From positions 19,220,001 through 19,284,000 of the forward strand of contig OX597815.1 in assembly GCA_951406725.2 (NCBI GenBank): a stretch of DNA of 64,000 nt, given 5' to 3'. The notes under the pieces are model-generated. The model was not told where the DNA came from. It did no database searches and was given only the letters and a program-made list of their open reading frames with translations. Positions 55,220 to 64,000 of the stretch are shown here, in pieces. This stretch comes from Octopus vulgaris. Taxonomy: Eukaryota. The number at the start of each line of letters is the position of its first letter. The first letter of the stretch is position 1. Position numbers and translations under genes: made by a program.

Positions 55220-56844
55220 TGTGTGTGTGTGCGTGAGTGGAGAGAGAGAGAGATAATGATTGACACTAAAGTTAAGTTAAAGATATAAATATAGCACACT
55301 CGTATTTTATTCCGAATTATTTGAATTTTAATTTCTCCGAATGGGGAATTATAAAATGTAAAATAAAAGCAGCACCGAAAATTATAAACATAATCAAATA
55401 ATGATGATGATTATGAGGGCGGTGATGATACCAGTGAGGATGATTGTTGTAGTGTGGTTGTGATGAGGATGATGACGACGACGACCATGATGATGCTGAC
55501 AATAATGATGATGAAATAGTTCGCAGAATGTTAGATTGTTCTAGTTTTTTATGTTCTAAGATCACATACCTTTTAAAAACTGGCGACAATGAAACAGTGT
55601 ATTAGTTAAGTACTGATATCTACATAATAGATTAACACTCTCCCTTACAAATTAATGACCTTGGCCAAAATTTGAAACAAAGTCACTATTATTATTATTG
55701 TTATCAATCAGTTTTTTAGTGTTCATTATTGTTCAATGCAAACATCCTGTGTCTAATAACGTAACTCATTATTATTAGCAGTATTATTATTATTAAAATA
55801 TATTTTAACAATGTAAGCCTATTTTGACATATGATATTTTGTTATACCAGTTTAGTGCAAAAGCATTTAGAAGCTGAAATTTCTATCTCTGTGGATAACA
55901 ATGATCTGTTAGTACGTGTTTAGATTCCATAGGTAATTTGTAACCAATTCAAGTATACAGCTGTATTTCACTAATAGACTCCAATCAAGTTAATCTGCCA
56001 GAAAATACTGTGTCTTCACTCAAATGTCAGCTGCTTTTCTAATCAAACTTCAGTGAAATCCGCACACGTGAACAACATACGTAGATCCGGTAATGGGCTT
56101 TCAAAGTGATTTTGCTGTCTCAATATCTGACGGAAGATTTTTCAACGTTAAAGTCTTTGCCAGATACGAAATTCTATTCATTTTGCTTAAAAGATTGCTG
56201 TGATCCGACACTTCCTATGGCAAGGATATGATATTACATTCAGCGATGAGTGATAACCTTACGTCTAGAACTGGAATTATATATTCAGTAACACATCTTT
56301 ATTCCCCCCAGTCACCACCCTCTAGCTATTTTTGTACTTGCTTAATTCTCCAGTAAGTTGAGTTCGAATTGCTTTCATGATAACGAAACGTGAAACTAAG
56401 CTGGCATATGTATTTATGCACACGCATACATAATACATATTTCATATAAAACGATCAAAAATATTGCACATCAAAAATATATATATAACAGAAAAGCTAT
56501 TAAAATTTAATAATTTTGATTTCCAAAATTTTTCTCATGAAAACAGAAGAATTATATCGATTGCTTTGATCAAACTGAATACACAATGTTGCATCAGATA
56601 AAGGAAGAATTTGGATTTTTTGAAAGCTGTTTCTAAAGACAACAAATTGATAGGATCTTCATATCATATGGAACTGCAACTCCAACCACAGCTAAACAAC
56701 GAATAATCGTTTATTGCTTTACTTTTATTTTTATGCTAACTCCAAACTAACAATTTTTAAAGAAAGTTATAAACCATACTTCAGATTATTTGCCTTCACG
56801 AGAACTCACCAGACATTGGTTTTTCAGATTTTAAAGAAACCATT

Positions 56845-57193
56845 GTATGTATGCTTGTATATATTTATATATGTATGTATGTTTGTATGTATGTATGTAT
56901 GTATGTATGTCGGTAGGTATGAAGGTAGGTAGGTAGGTAGGTAGGTAGGTAGGTAGGTAGGTAGGTAGGTAGGTAGGTAGCTAGGTATGTATGTATGTAT
57001 GTATGTATGTCGGTAGGTATGAAGGTAGGTAGGTAGGTAGGTAGGTAGGTAGGTAGGTAGGTAGGTAGCTAGGTAGCTAGGTATGTATGTATGTATGTAT
57101 GTATGTATGTATGTATGTATGTCGGTAGGTATGAAGGTAGGTAGGTAGGTAGGTAGGTAGGTAGGTAGGTAGGTAGGTAGCTAGGTAGCTAGG

Positions 57194-57225
<32 letters not shown>

Positions 57226-57340
57226 TGTATGTATGTATGTATGTCGGTAGGTATGAAGGTATGTATGAAGGTAGGTAGGTAGGTAGGTAGGTAGGTAGCT
57301 AGGTAGGCAGGCAGACAGGCAGGCAAGCAGGCAGGCAGAT
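56845..57340. repeat. (TATG)n/(TAGG)n array with 100-122-bp higher-order unit
   Basis: Marker cggtaggtatgaagg at 56911, 57011, 57123 and 57245. Confidence 0.95.
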
Positions 57341-58040
57341 TAAATTAGACTCACTACATTGTTTCAGTTTACAGTCTTTTCCAGACAGAATAATAAAAAA
57401 GCGGCTTTATGCACACCATTGCTATTTAGTTGTATTCTGTAGACGTACTGGCAATAAATGTTTGAAATCTAATCACACAATTATCAAAATGTATCTCACC
57501 TAAACTCTTTACCGTCTCTATATGTTTTTACACATATTTTCTTCTAACTGGTATTTTTCAAAATTTCAAAAGATGTTGAATATCAGAATAAGAACAATAG
57601 AGAAGTTACGACCCTTCATGTTAAAAAATTCAATCATTCCAGGTTGATCTTTCCTTTCACCACTCATGGCTCAATACAATAAATGCCTGTCAAATCAAAT
57701 AGAGGGGTTAATATAATGGAGTGTATTTTCCCTATATTTATATTAGAAACTTTTAAAAGTACATCTCATTCCCAATCCTCTTTGTTTTCATACATATAAG
57801 ACGTCAACGTCTGTAAGATGCGATGTTTTCTCTCCACTTACAAATTATCCAAAGAGAAACGTCTCAGAGTGGTGTCACCACATTCTAGAAAGAGCAATGC
57901 AAACACCTGTGGTCATCAATAACTAATAGCACATTGGATCTCTATCTTACTCTCTCCCTCTCTCTCTCTCTTTCTCTCTCTCCCTGTACACACACACACA
58001 TATATATATACACGTATGTAAATATGTATGCAAATATTTA

Positions 58041-58149
<109 letters not shown>

Positions 58150-58204
58150 ATATACTCATATATAAGTATATATATATATATATGCATGTATACAATATGC
58201 AATA

Positions 58205-58860
58205 AAATACAGACGGCTAGCTGGATGGATCCGCCGAACTTTCAGAAGAGCACACATAACCATGATGATCCTTTCACAGACATATGTCCTCAGCCGCTTA
58301 AAATTACTCCTCCCAACTATGGTCACCACAAAGTGTAAAATTAACGGCGCAACTCGAAGAAATCTAGCAAGGCTACACAGAGAAGATCGTCTCAATGGAA
58401 TCTGTCAACTTTTGGGAAAGGCTGAAGATTTTAAGACTTTACTCGCAAACAAAGGCACAAAGGAAAGCAGTAATATACATCTGGAAAATCCTGGAAACAC
58501 TTTGGCATTGAAAGTTACACAGACAACAGAAATGGGCTCCACGGCAGAGTGCGAAAGATCCCGGCATCACCATCGAGGTACAAAACTAGCTAATGCGACA
58601 GCATGGATTTCAGGGACCTACAATTCTCCAATATCCTCCCCCAAACCCTAAGAGATCTGCATGGAGTGGACATAGGTGTCTTCAAAAGAAAACTTGGTCT
58701 TCTCCTGCCAAAGATTTTCGATAAACCAACCTGACGACAGGAAACTCAGGTGAGGGTTGCAGCATCAAATTCTCTCAATCATCACATATAAGAGGTTTCA
58801 AATAGGGAAGGTGTATCAAAGGTAAAGACGATGCCCCAGTATGGACGCAGCTCTCGAGTT
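58205..58860 (+). mobile_element. CR1-group LINE 3' end (piece A)
   Basis: RLAGWIRRTF..YSSQLWSP..QLEEI*QGYTEKI..NFWERLKILRLYS..VIYIWKILE..LPQTLRDLHGVDIGVFKRKL..AASNSL. Confidence 0.85.
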
Positions 58861-58989
58861 GAAACTAGTTAAAGAGTGTGTATATATACATGTGTGTGTG
58901 TGTATTCTTTTATTATTTTACCCGTTTCAGCTATGCGGCTTCAGTATTGCTGTAGCAGCACAGTGATCTTGTTTTTTGCCATATCATTC

Positions 58990-59825
58990 CCTTGAGGCTG
59001 ATTTCATATCACCAGTATTGCATGTGCTTTCTCCATTGGTTGTTGGCCCATTTAATGTATTACGGAATTTGACACTACTTCCCACATTTGAACCTGATGC
59101 CGGGCCGTTGATTCATCTGGCATTGTGGAAAGGAGAATCTCCAGTTCCCTTTTGAAGATATCCACGTCCACATTGTGTAGGTTTCTCAATTTGTTAGCAG
59201 GACATTAAAGATTTGTGGGCCTTTGAACCCTTAGGTATTGCATTATCAGTTCCTAACTTTAAATGGTATGGACGGTACCTTCGATACAATACAGAGGCGT
59301 CCATTTCAGGATTTGTTTAACACTAAATGCCGAAATTAGGTTTTAGTACTTCCAGAATTTTCCCTTGTAGATTAAATATCATTCGCGTATTCGTATCAGG
59401 AGGTACAGTTGTAGTTTGTTTTTCAGCCTTTCCCTGTAGTCCATCTGCTGTATTATCACAATAATTTTAGAGTAATATCATTGGGCCACTTGAAGCTCCG
59501 CTGTTTGTCTGGCGCTATGTGGCGCTATGAGAGCAGTAGTACTAGCCGCTAACAAAAGAGATCCTTCACAGGGTCAACATGAATGCTTAATCTCTTGTCT
59601 TGAAGGACCTTAGTATCAGACATGCTAGATATTTGTTCTTTGTTGCCATCTTGGTAATGTGCGTATGAAATGAGACATCATTACACATACTGGTTCCCAA
59701 ATCTCTCTCTATCAGTGAATCTGGGATTGTACTGCATTTGGGAGTTGATACCATAGTGCTTGAAATATTCCAGTATTAAACTGCATGCTGTTTGTTTTCT
59801 CCAGCCCACGTTTATATAAACTTTA
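58990..59825 (-). mobile_element. Same CR1-group family, inverted (piece B)
   Basis: Minus strand WAGEN..MQFN, RDLGTSMCNDVSFHTHITK, ILRSFKTRD, DYRERLK..LQLYLL, LRNLHNVDVDIFKREL..NSVIH. Confidence 0.85.
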
Positions 59826-59839
59826 AAGCAACCTAAATG

Positions 59840-60160
59840 CAAATGGGTTGATGAAAATAATATGCGTTTAATACTCAGCAGTTTCAAGCATTCTACTATC
59901 AGCCTACATACAGACTACAATCGGAAATACAAAGGATTGGTAGGTAGTACAATCCTAGATTCAGAGTCGGTGCGTGACTTGGGAATCTACATGAGGAAAG
60001 TTTGCACGTTCAATGTGCATATTACCAAAATTGCAACGCTGTGCAGGCGAGTAGCTGGAACGATTCTCAGATCATTCAGAACCAAGAAAAAAGATACCAT
60101 GCGATTTCCAGGAAGAACTTTCATTTTCAGTTGTCTGCATTACTTCTCCCAATTGAGATT
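59840..60160 (+). mobile_element. Same CR1-group family, internal RT fragment (piece C)
   Basis: KWVDENNM..SVRDLGIYM..TFNVHITKIA..RRVAGTILRSFRT..LHYFSQL. Confidence 0.85.
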
Positions 60161-61156
60161 ACGTTTCAGCTTTCGGAAGATTTACGATTCTTTTTTTTTT
60201 AAACACTCTGAATAACTTCTAAAGCAACCTTATTTTTAAACACTCTGAATAACTTCTAAAGCAACCTTAAATGGCAAATCATCTCGCCTTTTGATATATA
60301 CTCCGTCCCCTGCTGAATAACATAGCTTTGGAGTTGTGCAGGAAATGGTTGAAAATGAAAATCAAAGAAAGACGTCACTACATATCTATTTAACTGTTAT
60401 GTCTTGGTGTCCTATAATCTTTACTCGTTATACGAATGTAGTTCTTTGTAGAGTTGCCTTAGATTCTGTTCACCCTCCCTTATGTTTTCAGTTAATGTTT
60501 TGTTCATATTTTGTGTTGTATGTACACAGCTGGAAATTCTTGATCGTGGATTACATGACGTTAACCTTCAAGTACTTATCAGTGGTCTATACCAGGATTC
60601 GGTTTCTTCCAAGGGGCATTGTTTTTCGCTCGAAATAACCAAGTGCGACCTTCTCTCAAAAGTGGTCTTTTTTATATTTTGTTCTTGTATTAAGTAGGAT
60701 TTGCCAATTTTCTGTGGAAAGAGATTATATCAGTTTTTATTTCATGTTTCTTTTCCATTTTATTTGTTATACTAATAGCCTTTTTATTTGCGTGTATATG
60801 TTTCATATATATTTAAGTGTGTCTGCTTAAGTGTTGTGTAAAAGTGTTTATCTATGTATGTGTAAGTATGTGTTCGTATGTATTTGCTCGTGTGAATACT
60901 TAGAGTTTCGCACGGATTCGTGTATGTATCCTGAAAGACATTTCCGGATTTATTATCTGGTGACTTTTGTTCCTAGGTTTTGTAATATTAAACACTTTTC
61001 GAAAGAGTTCATTGAATGTAATGATAGTTAGATAGGCTATTTCTCTATTAGTTATTCATGAGTCAGTCTCTGCCAAACAGAATCTCCTGTGGTCTGTACT
61101 CACAGAAACATGATATGATTTTCTATTGAATGAAGTTTCATTATCAGATTACTATT

Positions 61157-61795
61157 ATTATTAATAAGGCTAAAAAGGCTAATGCATTAACAGAGTGGCA
61201 GAGAGTTGAGCTGACTTTCATGCGGTGTTTAATTGCACATTTTAACGTTTTGATTTCGAATCATACTGGAATTGTTTTAGATTTCATCATCTTAGTATTG
61301 ATAAATTAACACACTAGTACTGTGATCGATTTGTAGACTCGTAGACTTTTTCATATTTTTTAAACCATTATTAATAAGGCTAAACAATACATCTGAATTA
61401 TTGCAGGGGCAGAATGTTTAACTGGATACTATGGTCCTTATATTTACGTTCCCTTACATTCTGGTCAACTGACTGCATCATTCATATTTCTGGTTCTGAC
61501 AAAATAAAACACTCAGCTTTGTAGTTTACATGGCTTGATTCAATCCTTTATTCTTCTCCCTATAAATTTGCATGTATGTCAGACAATAATTAACAAGGTA
61601 AAACAAAGCAGTGGAATTGCAGATTCGGTAGAGCGCAGAGTCAACTCTTTACGATATTCTCTTTGATCTGAGTACAAATTTCTTTGAGGTCAATTTACCT
61701 TTCATCTTTACAGACTATGAAATAAGTATCACGATTGATTGTGCAGATTACATCTCTTAGCCATAAACTTGTGATCTTGTGGCATTGTTATTGCA
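61157..61795 (+). repeat. Head-to-tail trimer of decayed S3-SINE-like units (~210-220 bp)
   Basis: ttaataaggctaaa at 61161 and 61371 and ttaacaaggtaaaa at 61590, each followed by degenerate S3 motifs. Confidence 0.6.
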
Positions 61796-62842
61796 GATGA
61801 GTAACCATCTACAAGAACTGAACACATTTAAACCAACGAGTCACTGAGCTGCTAGAAATAAAAGCCAAATATCACCCTGTTATACGATAAAAGAAAAGTG
61901 CCTGATGTGGTCTCGGATATACTTTATCATGAATAAATACGGAGGAGTCACGGCGGAAATAACCTCGTCCATACATCAGTTCAGTCAGTGCTGATCTGGG
62001 ACAAAAGAAGAACTATATTAAACACCTTCTAGTGATGCTTGCAGTTTGAGGTTTGATTACTAGTTGGAGATATTCAATTTCACGTTCGTACTTAATAACT
62101 CTAAGGAAACACATGAGTTAAATTCTCTGAAAATCTGATGCTCACAGAATGATTATCAGATTTCCATAAACTCTGTAGAATGAAATGCTCTGACAAGAAA
62201 CAAACAAAAAACAATCACATTTAATAACTCACTGCATGATCAAGAGAACAGATTTTAGATGTAATTGTGGATGCATGGTATATTTAGACCAATTATCTCT
62301 AGACTGTACCTCATCGTTCGACATAGATAGTGTCTAGTGCAGTCTACTCCTTCAGCTCCGACCATAGACTTGGCTAAAAATGGAATCTGTAATTCCAGAG
62401 AAGCGGCAACTGTGGTGATGGCAAAAGAAAAAAAGATCGCGATTTGAGGGCTGGTGAAATGCTGTATGTATTGATAAAACAACGAATGTAGGAATGTATC
62501 TTCATTGAACAAATAGGACATGAGATTAAGAAGTAAATGTACTTTTCGAAAGGAAAAAATTTTTAAAAAATGTTTCGGACTTTATCGAGCATCATTGGAT
62601 AAAAAAAGAAACACATAACCCAATCCACAATAATTCTGGACCAGTTTTACTGTTTTATCTTTGTTACACTCAGAATAAATCTTATAACCGACTGTCAATG
62701 TCTATTATTATTTATCGTGTGAGATAAACCTGTGAAATAAGAGTCGTCTGTAAAATCAATATTTTATTTTTGCTCTCCAATGGTAGTTTACTCCAGATTA
62801 TGTTTTTTTTTAGCTTAGACTTTAATTCGTTTTTAATATAGA

Positions 62843-63512
62843 GCGATGTGCGAGCAGGGATGATACCGCGCCAGACTAAATACTTCGTATTAAATATTTA
62901 CATATATTTACAGTCTGAGTTCAAATCTCGGCAAAGCTAACTTTTTCTTTCATCCTTTTGAGATCGATAAACTATTATCAGGCATATATTAAGGTCGAAT
63001 GAATTAACTATATTCCGCTTCTACGAATTTATGGCCTTCTGCCAAGGTGAAAAATCGATATTAGTGAAGGTATATGTAGTGTCAAAATCGTACGTTATCG
63101 CCTTGTTGCAGTACTTAGTTTCCTCTCATCTAACGTTATGAGTTCAAATTCCACTATGGTCTTACTTGTTTCTTAACCTTCGACAAAAAGTATTATTATC
63201 AAAGCCGTCCCAAACGTGATTGTCAACCTTTCTTTAGAATTCAGTACATTCCTGATATATTATTCAACCTGTCTTCGGTTTTTATTATTATTATAATTAA
63301 GACGTTGAGCTGACTGAATTGTAAAGGGCATTGGAAGAAATGTCTTACGTCATTTTTTTCGGCTCAGTCCATTCTGAGTTCAAATATCGACTAGGTAACT
63401 TTGATGAATTACGCTTTCGGCATCAATAAAAGAAATACCAATCAACTTTTTGGTGTATTTGAGTAACCCACTTTCCTTCATATTGTTTGCCTTGAGTCAA
63501 AATTTGAAATCA
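62843..63512 (+). mobile_element. Three head-to-tail decayed S3 SINE copies
   Basis: tgagttcaaat B-box-like motif near 62916, 63139 and 63375, with downstream tttcatcc../gataaa/tacca remnants. Confidence 0.7.
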
Positions 63513-63774
63513 TTTATATGTACAAGGTGGGATTTAAGAGCGGTTTTACTGCTAATTCTTGTAACTTGAGTTCTTTTGCTGACTTAAACGATGATTAATA
63601 GTACAAAAGGTTTTCCACCTTAAAGTATTCCTCTAATAATTAAAAACGTGCACTCGTAACGAGTAAGATATAGACATGTACGCCACAGATTCAATATAAC
63701 CAAATGGAGGCAAATTTGAACAGAAGAGACCAAACAGAATAAATAAACGGATCTTTTCCATTTCATGGACAGCT

Positions 63775-64000
63775 CGATTAATTAATTTTATTTAACTAAA
63801 CATTTTGAAACTTCGTATACTAGTAAACTGTGTCATATAGAACATATTTTACTCTTACCGTTGTTGAGAAAAGTTTCTATTTACGAAATTATTTCGTGTT
63901 AAAGTTGTCGTATTTGGGTAATTTCAACCAATCAATGAATAAAATTACTGCTGTTGTTTGTCAACAACTATCGGCAACTGTCACTGTTACTTATGACATC
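63775..64000. mobile_element. Probable terminal part of a MITE/DNA transposon, runs off the window
   Basis: tgaaacttcgtatactagta..tgtgtcatata..aatttcaaccaatcaatga resembles subterminal sequence of a common DNA-transposon derivative; no partner end in the window. Confidence 0.3.

Noticed and set aside
56920-57300. Possible interstitial telomeric repeat
   Set aside because: The unit is TAGG, not TTAGGG or TTAGG.

Overview
AT-rich, microsatellite-dense animal genomic DNA (intronic or intergenic), not prokaryotic. The tRNA-derived SINE families and repeat landscape look like those of Octopus (coleoid cephalopod); this is inferred from recognition, not from a search. I find no intact host protein-coding exon: most listed ORFs are microsatellite artefacts and the protein-like ones are decayed transposon fragments (CR1, RTE, Jockey/I-group and R4/Dong LINEs, BEL/Pao integrase, Tc1/mariner). 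There is also a non-autonomous Helitron, MITEs and many SINEs. The most interesting signal is a set of short, mostly (TA)n-associated elements from about four families carrying minimal type-I hammerhead ribozyme (HHR) motifs of the kind known from Penelope-like element (PLE) terminal repeats. These include a canonical-core HHR at 2546-2590, a 4-copy family with a variant CUGUNGA-A core and loopless helix III, and a 78-bp perfect palindrome whose plus-strand HHR copy lacks the cleavage site. The seven best motifs all lie on the minus strand. Ribozyme activity is predicted, not shown, and the boundaries of decayed elements are approximate.
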